Assembly: GCA_963674945.2 (NCBI GenBank)
Contig: CAXXWQ010000004.1
Span: forward strand, 1,280,001-1,344,000
DNA from: an uncultured Desulfosarcina sp.
Lineage (GTDB): Bacteria; Desulfobacterota; Desulfobacteria; Desulfobacterales; Desulfosarcinaceae
DNA: 64,000 nt
Direction of reading: 5' to 3'
Shown: positions 33,179 through 43,688 of the stretch, piece after piece
How the letters are laid out: every line of letters begins with the position of its first letter
Numbering within the stretch: position 1 is the stretch's first letter
Made by a program: the position numbers and the translations under genes
Notes under the pieces: generated by a model
Databases searched by the model: none
Seen by the model: only the letters and a program-made list of their open reading frames with translations
What the model was told of the DNA's origin: nothing

Positions 33179-34459
33179 ATGAATCAAGGTGAAAAGAAAA
33201 TCGGATACTGGTCGGTCGTCGCCATCGGTATTGGGGGCATGGTCGGTGGCGGTATTTTCGCGGTACTGGGACTGTCTGTACAGATGACCAAAGGAGCCGC
33301 GCCGCTGGCGTTCACGGCGGCAGGAATCGTGGCGATCGCCACCGCCTATTCATACACGCGGCTGTCGGTGACATTTCCGAATCAAGGTGGTACGGTTACG
33401 TTCCTGGACCGGGCCTTCGGCCCAGGGATGTTCACCGGCACGGTCAACATCCTGCTATGGATCAGCTATATCGTCATGCTTTCATTGTATGCCTTTGCTT
33501 TCGGCAGCTACGCCGCGGCCTTGTTTCCCGATGGTTCCCGACTGGTGTGGAAACATATTTTGATCTGTGCTGCCGTGCTCGGTGTCACCGGTCTCAATTT
33601 TCTCAATGTCGCGATCATTGGCGCGGCCGAGGAATGGATCGTGGCCGTCAAGATCGGCATCCTGCTCTTCTTCATCGGCATCGGCATCTGGTCCATCGAT
33701 GCCTCCCGTTTGGCGGTGGATAGCTGGTCGCAACCCACCGCGACCATCGCCGGTGCAATGATCATTTTTCTGGCTTACGAAGGGTTCGAGCTGATCGCCA
33801 ATACGGCGGGAGATGTCCGCAATCCGGATCGCACGCTCCCGTTGGCCTACTTTTCCGCCGTCGGTTTCGTGATTCTGCTGTACATACTGGTAGCCGCGGT
33901 CACGGTGGGCAACCTTTCCGTTCAGCAGATTGTGGATGCCAAAGATTACGCGCTGGCCGAGGCGGCCCGCCCCTTTCTGGGCTCTATCGGATATCTTTTG
34001 ATTACCGTGGCGGCCCTGCTCTCCACCTTGTCAGCCATCAACGCCACGCTTTACGGAGCCGCCCGGCTCAGTTACGCCATCGCCAAGGATGGCGAACTGC
34101 CCGCGGTATTAGAAAGAAAACTTTGGAATCGTCCGGCGGAGGGGCTTTTGATCACTTCCGGAGCAACGCTTCTGGTCGCCAACGTTTTCGATTTATCAAG
34201 CATTTCCACCATGGGAAGCGCCGGATTTCTGCTGATCTTTGCCGTTGTGAATGCTGCCAATCTGGGGCTGGCACAAAAAACCAACAGCCGTGGCTGGATA
34301 TCGATGCTGGGTGTAATACTTTGCCTGGGAGCCCTGGCCAGCCTGATCGGTTACACGATAAAGCAGTCACCGGGTCACGTCTGGATACTGATCGCCATGG
34401 TCCTGCTGTCTTTCACCGTCGAAGGTGCCTATCGTCTCTGGCGACAAAGAAATCTTTAA
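33179..34459 (+). CDS. APC family amino acid permease
   Basis: IGGMVGGGIF, FLAYEGFE, about 12 TM segments. Confidence 0.88.
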   Translation: MNQGEKKIGYWSVVAIGIGGMVGGGIFAVLGLSVQMTKGAAPLAFTAAGIVAIATAYSYTRLSVTFPNQGGTVTFLDRAFGPGMFTGTVNILLWISYIVMLSLYAFAFGSYAAALFPDGSRLVWKHILICAAVLGVTGLNFLNVAIIGAAEEWIVAVKIGILLFFIGIGIWSIDASRLAVDSWSQPTATIAGAMIIFLAYEGFELIANTAGDVRNPDRTLPLAYFSAVGFVILLYILVAAVTVGNLSVQQIVDAKDYALAEAARPFLGSIGYLLITVAALLSTLSAINATLYGAARLSYAIAKDGELPAVLERKLWNRPAEGLLITSGATLLVANVFDLSSISTMGSAGFLLIFAVVNAANLGLAQKTNSRGWISMLGVILCLGALASLIGYTIKQSPGHVWILIAMVLLSFTVEGAYRLWRQRNL

Positions 34460-34502
34460 CTTGGTCGCTACGATACCATAACATATTGAAAGGCGACAAC
34501 AC

Positions 34503-35435
34503 ATGATAACAATGTTGCGATGGTCAGAGAACAGATTTATTCAAACTGATAAAATTGAGAGGCACTGCCTGATCAACGTAGTCAATCCTGAAGAACATGA
34601 ACTAAAAACACTGACGGATGAAATGCTCATCCCGCCCGATTTCCTGACAGATCCCCTGGATATTGACGAGAGATCAAGAATCGAGACCGAGAACGGATTT
34701 CTACTTGTTGTTCTTAGATTGCCGAAATATAATAAGGAGTCGGACATTCCATTCACGACATTTCCTGCGGGCATTATTCTCACTAACAATGATACGATCG
34801 CGCTCATAAGTTCTTCGGATATAATGGAAGCTTTGAATCTGTCAGACAGCAGGCTGAAAGGGGTTGCTGACGGAAAGAGGAGCAGTGTCATCCTTCACAT
34901 ATTTCTGAAAACAGCGCTGCTTTTTCTCAAACATCTGAAAGAAATAAACCGGCAAACCGGAGAAATTGAAAATGAATTGCAGAAGTCACTGAAAAACAAA
35001 GAACTGATCAAGCTTCTGAATATAGAAAAGGGCCTTGTTTTCTTCATAACATCCTTGAAATCCAATGAGCTGATGATGGAACGGCTGATGAAGACGGAAC
35101 TTTTGAGCCTGACAACCGATGACAAAGACAGGCTGGAAGATGTACTGATTGACAACAGACAGGCAATCGAGATGGCGAATATATACAGCAATATCCTGAG
35201 CGGAATGATGGATGCATTCGCGTCGGTGATTTCCAACAACCTTAATGTCGTCATGAAAATTCTGACATCGATAACAATCATACTGATGATTCCGACACTC
35301 GCCGCAAGTATTTACGGGATGAACATAGAACTTCCGTTTCAGCATTTGCCCCAGGCGTTCTCTATCATATCGGGAATTTCATTTTTACTGCTATCGCTAT
35401 GCATCTTAATTTTCAAAATAAACAAATGGTTCTGA
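34503..35435 (+). CDS. corA: CorA family Mg2+ transporter
   Basis: LDIDERSR, SNNLNVVMK, IYGMN signature, two C-terminal TM segments. Confidence 0.9.
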   Translation: MITMLRWSENRFIQTDKIERHCLINVVNPEEHELKTLTDEMLIPPDFLTDPLDIDERSRIETENGFLLVVLRLPKYNKESDIPFTTFPAGIILTNNDTIALISSSDIMEALNLSDSRLKGVADGKRSSVILHIFLKTALLFLKHLKEINRQTGEIENELQKSLKNKELIKLLNIEKGLVFFITSLKSNELMMERLMKTELLSLTTDDKDRLEDVLIDNRQAIEMANIYSNILSGMMDAFASVISNNLNVVMKILTSITIILMIPTLAASIYGMNIELPFQHLPQAFSIISGISFLLLSLCILIFKINKWF

Positions 35436-35689
35436 AGTATCGCAACCAGGAACTGGAGTGGAATTGAAGGATCTTGTGCCACCATCCCTTTCAGAATATT
35501 GCCGTAAAAGCGGTCAATTCAGGTGGAAAACCCGGGCAATGGCCCCACTGTGCCTAATTGTGCTTATCGGCACCCTTGCGCTGACGCTGCCTCTTTTTGG
35601 AATATCCGAACATTCTCAGCCATCGGAAAAGATCAAATCCACACACCGGCCATTCTCGTCCCTTGTCTTCGGCGGCCGGCGATAGTTAC

Positions 35690-36116
35690 CGCCAATCAGA
35701 ATGTTACGGTCGACCTGGACCTTGCCGTTGATATCTGCCCGGCAACCATTGATCCGGACCGTTTTACCCAGTGTCTGCTCAACCTTTATCTCAATGCGAT
35801 CCAATCCATGACTGACGGCGGCACCCTGCTGGTGGCCTGTGACATGGAGGACAACCGCTACGCAAGGATTCGCGTCAGCGACACGGGACCGGGCATTGCC
35901 GCAGACCATCTGGGTCGGATTTTTGATCCCTATTTTACCACAAAGAACAAAGGAACCGGACTGGGGCTGGCGGTTGTGCATAAAATTATCGATGCACACC
36001 AAGCTCACCTTGCCGTTGAAAGTGTCCCCGGTAAAGGCACGACCATGACGATCCGGCTTGCATGCACCACAGCTTTCACGAAAAAGGCAGCGACTCATGG
36101 ACACAAACCGGTCTAA
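35690..36116 (+). pseudogene. C-terminal HATPase fragment of a ZraS-like sensor kinase
   Basis: QCLLNLYLNAIQ, DTGPGI, FDPYFTTK, GTGLGL present; no H-box or sensor domain upstream. Confidence 0.8.
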
Positions 36117-36705
36117 CCGCATTCTAATCGTTGACGACGACCCTGGTCATCTGGCGACCCTGAAGACGATCACCCGTAGCTGGGGGTATGCCGTCCAAAC
36201 CACCGATGACGGCGACCATGCGGTTGAACGGGCAACAACCGACCCTTTCGATCTGATCCTCATGGATATCCGCATGGCCAGGATAAGCGGAATCGAAGCG
36301 CTGGCCAAGATAAAAGCGTATAATCCTTCCATCCCCGTATTAATTATGACCGCCTATTCTTCCGTGGCATCGGCGATCGACGCCTTGAAGGCGGGTGCCT
36401 ATGATTATTTGATAAAACCCCTTGATTTCGAAGTCCTGAAACTGACACTGGAGAGGACACGCGAGCATGCCGGGCTCAAGGTGGAGAACGAACTGCTCAA
36501 AAGACAATTGCATGCCGATCTCGATGGTTCTCCGGCCTCGGTTCCAACGCCATCGGATGGCACCCGGTCGTTGGAAGAGATCGAAAAGGAGGCTATTGTG
36601 GCAACCTTGAAAGCCACCAACGGCAACAAGAGTGAATGTGCCCGCCGCTTAGGCATCACACGCAAAACATTGCACAACAAACTCAAGAACTTCGGCATTG
36701 GATAA
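36097..36705 (+). CDS. ZraR/NtrC-like response regulator lacking the AAA+ domain (REC plus Fis HTH)
   Basis: REC (ILIVDDD, DLILMDIRM, MTAY, GAYDYLIKP) joined directly to SLEEIEKEAI...GNKSECARRLGITRKTL; no Walker A or GAFTGA. Confidence 0.8.
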   Translation: MDTNRSNRILIVDDDPGHLATLKTITRSWGYAVQTTDDGDHAVERATTDPFDLILMDIRMARISGIEALAKIKAYNPSIPVLIMTAYSSVASAIDALKAGAYDYLIKPLDFEVLKLTLERTREHAGLKVENELLKRQLHADLDGSPASVPTPSDGTRSLEEIEKEAIVATLKATNGNKSECARRLGITRKTLHNKLKNFGIG

Positions 36706-36898
36706 CCGCCGCACGCGCCCTTCACAAGCAGTATAATTTTTACCCACATCGCTCTGCCCTCTGATGCAAACTGTTTATTTTTTACACAGCAATAAATCTC
36801 CCGATGTCTGCCAATCCGTTAACCAACAATTCTCATTCAGATAGTTAATCCTGTCATTTCAAATCATTAAAACGCCTCTTGAGAACCTCTGAAAAAAC

Positions 36899-36913
36899 TG
36901 GCACGTGCTTTGC
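36899..36913 (+). promoter_or_regulatory. sigma54 (-24/-12) promoter
   Basis: TGGCAC-GTGCT-TTGC matches the consensus, upstream of the ZraP-like gene. Confidence 0.8.
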
Positions 36914-36991
36914 CGTTGAATCAAAGTGCACATGGACGATACCGCATTTTGCGGCAACCGATGATCACTCAACATGGAAAGGAGAATTCCA

Positions 36992-37489
36992 ATGAAGATC
37001 AATACGAAATCGATTCTTGGCTTGGCGGCTGTTCTGTCCCTGGCGATTGCAACCGTCGCCTTTGCCAATGGTGGGTGGGGGTATGATTCACACATGGACG
37101 GCTACGACGGCCACATGATGGAACCTGGTCATGGTGGTGGCCACATGATGAATTACGATTGTAATTACGGCCGGTACGGTCACGGGCACGATGCCTGGAA
37201 TAACCTGTCCGATGCGGATGCTGCCGAGCTGGATGCCTCTCAGGAGAAATTCTACGCTGATACCTTTGAATTACACAGCCAGATCAATGAGAAGGAACTC
37301 GCTCTGCGTAATGAAATGAATCAATCGAATCCGGATCAGAACAGAGCCATAACGCTGCAAAAAGAACTCTCCTCTCCGCAGAGTGATTTTGACCAGAAAG
37401 CATTGGCTCACCAGTTGGAGGTTCGAAAACTGCTGCCAAAAGACTATCGCGGAAGCGGTTATGGCTATGGGCCCGCCTATTGCCGGTAG
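36992..37489 (+). CDS. periplasmic ZraP/Spy/CpxP-family protein
   Basis: signal peptide ending AFA, G/H/M/Y-rich segment, helical core (QEKFYADT...KELALRNEMNQSNPD...LQKELS). Confidence 0.75.
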   Translation: MKINTKSILGLAAVLSLAIATVAFANGGWGYDSHMDGYDGHMMEPGHGGGHMMNYDCNYGRYGHGHDAWNNLSDADAAELDASQEKFYADTFELHSQINEKELALRNEMNQSNPDQNRAITLQKELSSPQSDFDQKALAHQLEVRKLLPKDYRGSGYGYGPAYCR

Positions 37490-37566
37490 GTCCCCAAAAA
37501 TGTTCCGGGACGAACCTTTACCATTCGTCCCGGACGGATGACGCGTAGGACTCAAAGGAGGTTACG

Positions 37567-37932
37567 ATGAACAGAAAAACCAGCACACTTTTGAGTCTGG
37601 GAATCTCAATCGCATTGATCGCAGGCACCATATGGTTTCTGCTCAATCATCAATACGGTTACGGTAATGGTCGCTGGATGATGCCGCATTACATGACGAT
37701 GGGAGCTGGTGGTATGGGATTTATCATGATTTTTCTCTGGGTGGCCGTGATCGCCGCCATTGCGATGGTCATTTCCGGCATCTCTTCGGGCAGGCAGTCA
37801 ACGGGCGGACCGGACAACAAGAGCCAGCCCGATGCTTTGGAAATATTGAAAACCCCTTATGCCCGAGGTGAGATCGACAAAGACCAGTATCAGTCCATGA
37901 AAGATGAACTGCTCTTGGTGTTTCCGCCGTAA
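37567..37932 (+). CDS. SHOCT-domain membrane protein
   Basis: two TM segments, then DALEILKTPYARGEIDKDQY (SHOCT-like). Confidence 0.75.
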   Translation: MNRKTSTLLSLGISIALIAGTIWFLLNHQYGYGNGRWMMPHYMTMGAGGMGFIMIFLWVAVIAAIAMVISGISSGRQSTGGPDNKSQPDALEILKTPYARGEIDKDQYQSMKDELLLVFPP

Positions 37933-38206
37933 TCGTTTTGGACCGCACTGCTGGTATCCGACGACGGATCATGCCGACGATTACGACGGTTCTCACGCAC
38001 AATAATTTTATACCGGCTAACATAGAAGAACACTGCTGTGGATAAGAGAAATGGTTTCATATGCAATTAAACCGGCAGTATCCATATGGCGGGATTGGAA
38101 CAATAAAGGCGGCGCTGATGGGAAATACGTTTTGCACCTGATTGCCCGCCAATCGTGAAGGACATACAGTGGTGGACAGAAGCCTACATCACTTCGGGAG
38201 GTCACC

Positions 38207-39826
38207 ATGCAACACATGAATGTAGCCCAAATAACGGACGATGCAGTCGTTGATCCGGTCTGCGGGATGAGTACCGAATCTCCGGAATCTTATATCGCCT
38301 ACGATTACGAGGAAACGACGTTCTATTTCTGCAGCAATCATTGCCTGGAGAAATTCAAGAGGTCACCGGATCGATTCCTGTCCGATGAAATCGACAGGTC
38401 AGACGGTGAGGTGCCGGAAACGGACACCAAAAAACATACGAGTTACACCTGTCCGATGCATCCGGAGGTCCACCGGGAAGGTCCGGGTGACTGCCCCAAG
38501 TGCGGGATGGCCCTGGAACCGAAGACCGTTGCAGAAGAGTCGGATGACAACCATGAATACCTTTTCATGCGTAAGCGCTTTTGGATTTCGGTGATCCTAT
38601 CGCTGCCGGTGATGGTCATCGCCATGCGGGATCTTTTCGGCCTGGGTTTTCTGGAGCGAACCTTTGGAAGCGTTACCCTGCATTGGGCGGAGTTCGTTTT
38701 GGCCACGCCGGTCGTCCTTTGGGGTGGCCGGGTCTTCTACGTTCGGGCATGGAAATCCATCGCCTCCTGGAATCTGAACATGTTCACACTCATCGGCCTG
38801 GGCACGGCCGTGGCTTATTTATACAGCGTCGCGGCATTGATATTTCCGGACCTATTCCCTGCATCATTCAGGGCAAGCGACGGAACGGTAGCCGTCTATT
38901 TCGAGGCTTCGGCGATGATTATCACCCTTGTATTGCTCGGTCAGCTGCTTGAACAGAAAGCACGCAGCCGCACCGGTTCCGCCATTAAGGCCCTTCTTGG
39001 CTTGGCGCCGAAGACCGCGCGGCGAATCGAGGAAGACGGTTCGGAACACGACGTGCCATTGGACGAAATCCGGATGGATGACCGTTTGCGGGTTCGCCCC
39101 GGTGAGAAAGTGCCGGTGGACGGTACGGTAATCGATGGGAACAGCAGTGTGCAGGAAGCCGACATCTCGACAGACGAACTGTAAGACGACGCCGTAAAGC
39201 TGCGCGCTAAAGGGAAAACCGCCATGTTCGTAGCCGTAGATGGTGCTGCTGCAGGGATTGTCAGCGTGTCGGATCCCATCAAGACAACCACGCAGGAGGC
39301 CATGAAGAATCTACACGAGGAAGGCATCGAGATTGTTATGCTGACAGGCGACAACAAAGCTACGGCTTCGGCAGTGGCCGAAAAACTGGGCATCGACGAT
39401 GTCGTTGCAGAAGTGATGCCGGAGGATAAGGCCGAAGCGGTCAAACGGTTTCAGGATCAGGGTAAAATCGTTGCCATGGCCGGGGACGGTATCAACGACG
39501 CCCCGGCATTGGCCTATACACAGGTCGGCATTGCCATGGGTACAGGAACCGATGTGGCCATGGAGAGTGCGAGTGTAACATTGGTAAAGGGAGATCTTCG
39601 CGGAATCGTCAGGGCCGTGATGCTATCCAAGGCCACCATGCGCAACATCAAACAGAACCTGTTTTTTGCCTTTTTTTACAATGCGCTGGGCATCCCCGTC
39701 GCCGCCGGCGTGCTCTACCCGGTTTTTGGCCTGTTGCTTTCACCGATGATCGCTGCCGCCGCCATGAGCTTCAGTTCGGTTTCCGTGGTTGGCAACGCCT
39801 TGAGACTGCGCAAGGTGCAGATCTAA
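38207..39826 (+). pseudogene. copA: Cu+ P1B-type ATPase with in-frame internal deletion and nonsense codon
   Basis: YHS (DPVCGM), CPMHP/CPKCGM, NMFTLI, RPGEKVPVDG and [10 protein letters not shown] present in the same frame; TGE, CPC and DKTGT absent; TAA at 39182-39184. Confidence 0.88.
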
Positions 39827-39869
39827 AGGATTTGCTCAAATCCTTTTGTTGAAATAGGTACCATCGATG

Positions 39870-40562
39870 CTATAGGTTATCGGTTATGCGGAATTGCACT
39901 GTGAAGTAAAGGTTCCTGATTCCCAGACGATCCAGCGGAATGATCACCGAATGGTCTTTTGATAAACCTGGAGGAAACGATACAGAAATGGGCACCTCGC
40001 CTGTAATCACCCCCTCACCAGCGCACCGATGGCAATCATAAAATCCCATGCGTCCATAACCACCACAAGTGGGACAAAGCGCTCGCGCAGGAACCATAAT
40101 CCTCGCGGTTCCGCCCCGGCGGGTCTGCTCACCGGTCAGCGGCACTTCCATGGTCAGATTTTGCATCCGGCCGGATCTGGATGGTTCGACACTTGAAAAA
40201 TTTCTCCATAGCCAGTCGAATAACTCGTCGAAGGAGGGAGAATATTTTTCAAAGGAACGAACGGGTGATATTTCTCCCATATTGGCGGGACCACTGTCCG
40301 GGATCAGAGGTTCCGGTTTGATTTTTGGCCTGATATCCAGAGCCCTTCTTACCCGGACATTTGCAAGTGTCTTCTCATAAGCTTTTCGCTTGACCGGGTC
40401 TCCTAATACTGAATAGGCTTCTTGAATTTGTTTAAAGGATTCGCTGTTACCACTGTAAAGATCCGGATGGAACTCCTTTGCCAATCGGCGATAGGCCGAA
40501 TGGACTTCATCGGAAGTTGCATTTGATGAAATTTCCAAAATCGTGAAATAGCTTTTGGCCAT
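39870..40562 (-). CDS. DnaJ-domain protein with a partial zinc finger
   Basis: YRRLAKEFHPD J-domain; CPTCGGYG and CHRCAGEG; RBS AGGAGG. Confidence 0.85.
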   Translation of the reverse strand: MAKSYFTILEISSNATSDEVHSAYRRLAKEFHPDLYSGNSESFKQIQEAYSVLGDPVKRKAYEKTLANVRVRRALDIRPKIKPEPLIPDSGPANMGEISPVRSFEKYSPSFDELFDWLWRNFSSVEPSRSGRMQNLTMEVPLTGEQTRRGGTARIMVPARALCPTCGGYGRMGFYDCHRCAGEGVITGEVPISVSFPPGLSKDHSVIIPLDRLGIRNLYFTVQFRITDNL

Positions 40563-40748
40563 CAGAAACCTCCTTTCCTGACATTCCATATCCATTGAAT
40601 TTTTGTCCCGGAGCACTAAACCCAATATGACATCCTGGGGGATGGATGAAGTTGGCGATCTTACAATAATCGCGCACCGTGGCTTTTGGACTCTCCGAAC
40701 GAATGCCATTTCAGTATATACCTTGATTGCGGCTTGGCACTTTTTTAT

Positions 40749-41387
40749 TCAGCGCTCATGTCGTTCCCCCTTAACCGAATCGACGGGAAATTTGGATATT
40801 CGCTTGCCTTTCTTAACCAACTTCTGAATGTCGGCAAGGGTCTTCCCGTATGTTTCTATGACGCTCACGAGCGACTGGTATAGCGTATCGTCTTCTCCCA
40901 GCGTTTTCTTGACGTCAGCCAAGAGTTCTTTTCCCTGTTTACAATGTTTGCTGATCCTGACCAACGCTTCTTCTCGTCTTAGCTGCCGGAAGCGTTCTTT
41001 TTCGAGTACCGGCAGCAGCCGTTGAATCGACCGCTCAATCAAGTCGTCCCGCGATGCTGGTGAGTACTTGGAAGCGGAATTGAGTGCGGCTAATGATCTT
41101 TGGCTAATAACGAATGTTTTTTGAATGCGTTGCTCCTTTGTATCCGTATCAAGGGACAGCGACGCCGCTATGGCCTGCAACGCATCCTCATCCTCCATGA
41201 GGTAATCGAACAGGGATTTTTGCTTGATCCCCAGCTGGGCGGCCAGAGAACTCAGAAGCTCAATTGTTGTCGGATGCAGCTTGAACGTTGCCCGCACCGA
41301 TTTCTTTCCCAACAGATCACCGATCGTGGTCAACTTTATCGTTGCGTCTTTCCCTTTTTCAGTGGTCGATTCGTTCATAGCACCCAT
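40749..41387 (-). CDS. hypothetical protein divergent from the hsp20 cluster
   Basis: 212-aa ORF with two RHH-like segments (KSVRATFKL..., RIQKTFVISQRS...). Confidence 0.65.
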   Translation of the reverse strand: MGAMNESTTEKGKDATIKLTTIGDLLGKKSVRATFKLHPTTIELLSSLAAQLGIKQKSLFDYLMEDEDALQAIAASLSLDTDTKEQRIQKTFVISQRSLAALNSASKYSPASRDDLIERSIQRLLPVLEKERFRQLRREEALVRISKHCKQGKELLADVKKTLGEDDTLYQSLVSVIETYGKTLADIQKLVKKGKRISKFPVDSVKGERHER

Positions 41388-41727
41388 TGCATTACTTATT
41401 CTTCATTCAAATATTTAGTAATTATTACAATAATTCAATGGAAAATATTTTCAAGGCTGCCAGTAAACAGGTTCTACATTGCAATGGGGAATGAATCGCT
41501 TACCCAATAAGGAATGTAGATGGTTTTCGTCCAAGTTGGGATTAAGTTGATTTTTCTATCAAAGGTCACTTCAGGATCGATGGAACTTTTTATTCAATAA
41601 ATTTATCTTGATTCATCAGCATGTTGAAAATTTGACAAAATTTGACTCGCGCCACTTGACAGCCGACATATTTACATTACTTTTTAATTAAAAATAATTA
41701 AATAATTTCTTCTGAACGGGGTGCGCC

Positions 41728-41955
41728 ATGAGCATCAAAAAATGGATCCCATGAAACTGGTCCAAGAAGGAAGATAAGGACTTTTATCGCAGGGAACGCA
41801 GCTACGGATCGTTTCAGCGGGTTCTTTCACTTCCGGAAGATGCCGACCAGGAAGCTGTCTCGGCCACTTTTAAAAATGGCGTCCTGACGGTCACCATGCC
41901 CAGGAAAGAGGCTCCGCAAGCCCACGTGAGGCAGATCGAAGTTCAAAGCGCCTGA
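41728..41955 (+). pseudogene. Hsp20 pseudogene
   Basis: MSIKKWIP*NWSKKEDKDFYRRERSYGSFQRVLSLPEDAD...FKNGVLTV: TGA at a probable Trp codon and the central part deleted. Confidence 0.85.
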
Positions 41956-42017
41956 TTCTCGAAAATGACCTGTGTAACGGGCATATTGCCCTCAACTGAA
42001 AAAAGGAGGAATGAACC

Positions 42018-42479
42018 ATGTTGGCAAGAAGATTGTTCAATTATCCGTCAATGGGTTGGCGGCATCCGTTCACCGATTTGGAACGTATGTCCCGTCAGAT
42101 GGACCAGTTAACCAATGCCGTGTTCGGCAGACCGGGGATGAACTGGATGTCTGCCAGGGTCTTTCCGGCCGTTAATCTTACCGAGGATGCGGAAAACTAC
42201 TATATCCGGGCCGAACTGCCGGGAATCAAGGCCGATGCCTTGGATATTCAGGCCGTTGGCAAGAACCTGACCATTTCGGGTGAACGCACGATCACCCCCG
42301 AGGGTGAAGAAGTCAGGTATCACAGACGTGAACGCGAATCCGGTAAGTTTTCCCGCGTCATCGGCCTGCCCGGCGATGTCGATACGGACAAGGTAGATGC
42401 CAGACTGGCCAATGGGATGCTCACCGTGACCATTGCCAAGGCCGCGGCAGCCAAACCGAAACAGATCACCGTCAGCTAG
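42018..42479 (+). CDS. Hsp20/alpha-crystallin protein
   Basis: FPAVN, AELPG, YHRRERESGKFSR, NGMLTV; RBS AAGGAGG. Confidence 0.93.
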   Translation: MLARRLFNYPSMGWRHPFTDLERMSRQMDQLTNAVFGRPGMNWMSARVFPAVNLTEDAENYYIRAELPGIKADALDIQAVGKNLTISGERTITPEGEEVRYHRRERESGKFSRVIGLPGDVDTDKVDARLANGMLTVTIAKAAAAKPKQITVS

Positions 42480-42508
42480 TCCGAATTGTGTGAAAGGAGG
42501 GATGAACA

Positions 42509-42913
42509 ATGAGTCATTCAAAAGAGCTTCAGGTAAAAGACAAACAAGAGGTGGCCGCTCCGGCCGAGCAGACTCGTCCCGGTGTGGTATTTACGCCGGA
42601 TGTGGATATCTTCGAAGACGATCGGCAGATCACGTTACTTGCCGACATGCCCGGCGTGGCTTCCGATGATATCACCATCGATCTGAATGAAAACGTATTG
42701 AGCCTTTCAGGAGAAGTCAAGCCGTTTGAAAACAAGAATGAATCGGATGTGTTCATCGAATTTGAAATCGGACGCTACCATCGTCAGTTCTCCCTTTCCG
42801 AGGTCATTGATCAAAGCAGGATCGAAGCCAAGCATGAAGACGGGGTACTGCGTCTGACCCTGCCCAAGGCAGAGAAGGCAATCCCTCGACAGATAACCGT
42901 GAATGCGGGATAA
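42509..42913 (+). CDS. Hsp20/alpha-crystallin protein
   Basis: FTPDVDIFE, ADMPGV, DGVLRLTLPK. Confidence 0.93.
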   Translation: MSHSKELQVKDKQEVAAPAEQTRPGVVFTPDVDIFEDDRQITLLADMPGVASDDITIDLNENVLSLSGEVKPFENKNESDVFIEFEIGRYHRQFSLSEVIDQSRIEAKHEDGVLRLTLPKAEKAIPRQITVNAG

Positions 42914-42926
42914 TGGGCAGCCCCAT

Positions 42927-42958
42927 GGAGACCCGAGAAAACCGGCATCGGGTCTCCA
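42927..42958 (+). terminator. hairpin after the hsp20 genes
   Basis: GGAGACCCGA...TCGGGTCTCC inverted repeat; weak U-tract. Confidence 0.45.
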
Positions 42959-43097
42959 ACGAATTATTCACTATATCCCAAGCGCCATCAGTGCCTATGC
43001 CGATGAAGATATCAACACATAATCGCAACTTGATGAAGAGTGCAGACAAGCTTTCAGTATCCATAATTTCAAAGTAGCCTACTTTTACATGATATTA

Positions 43098-43579
43098 TTA
43101 CCGAACCCGTACCCAGCCAGCAACGCCATTGTGCGGACAATGACAAAATCCATGATATTGTTCTATTGCCTCGGGTAGATATCGTATGAAATCAAACATC
43201 GCCGGCCCTCCCGGGAGTGTGGTGAGAACATTGAGAAAAGCGATGATCTTCCCGGAGCTGTCCCGCGCCACCGCCACGGGATTCCGCTGGAGATATCCCG
43301 ACGAAGAGTAGCAGGGGCTGAACTGCATTCCACGTCCCCCTTGGAGGCCAGCCAGGAATCGCCAACTTCATGCAACGGATCATTCGTTTCCTCCGAAAAC
43401 GGTGGCACCATATACGCATATGTGACTTCAGCCCGTTCCATCACGTTTATTGTTCGTCTCAATCCGGCATTCCTGCCACCTTTAGGCGTAAAGCCGCCAA
43501 GCGGCAGGACCGCTTCTTCCGCAACTTTCATGAAATGGTATCTGAGGTCATGCAGATGACTTTTATCAATCAAGTGCAC
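43098..43579 (-). pseudogene. frameshifted remnant of an MprF/LysX-type aminoacyl-phosphatidylglycerol synthase domain (DUF2156)
   Basis: two frames read HDLRYHFMKVAEEAV...GLRRTIN...EVGDSWL, then YLQRNPVAVARDSSGKIIAFLN...FDFIRY. Confidence 0.7.
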
Positions 43580-43688
43580 AATTATAGCCGTTGACGGGAT
43601 TCGTATCCATGCATGATTTCCAGAAACGATTTAGAGGAAACCATGTCATCGTTTGAAGGTGCTAAAGCGAAAAGAACGACCCACGATA

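Noticed and set aside
35458..35685. small ORF after corA
   Set aside because: Looks like a junction of gene fragments; no assignable family.
41752..41754. TGA in hsp20 as selenocysteine
   Set aside because: The position corresponds to Trp in a PWNW motif and the gene is also internally deleted.
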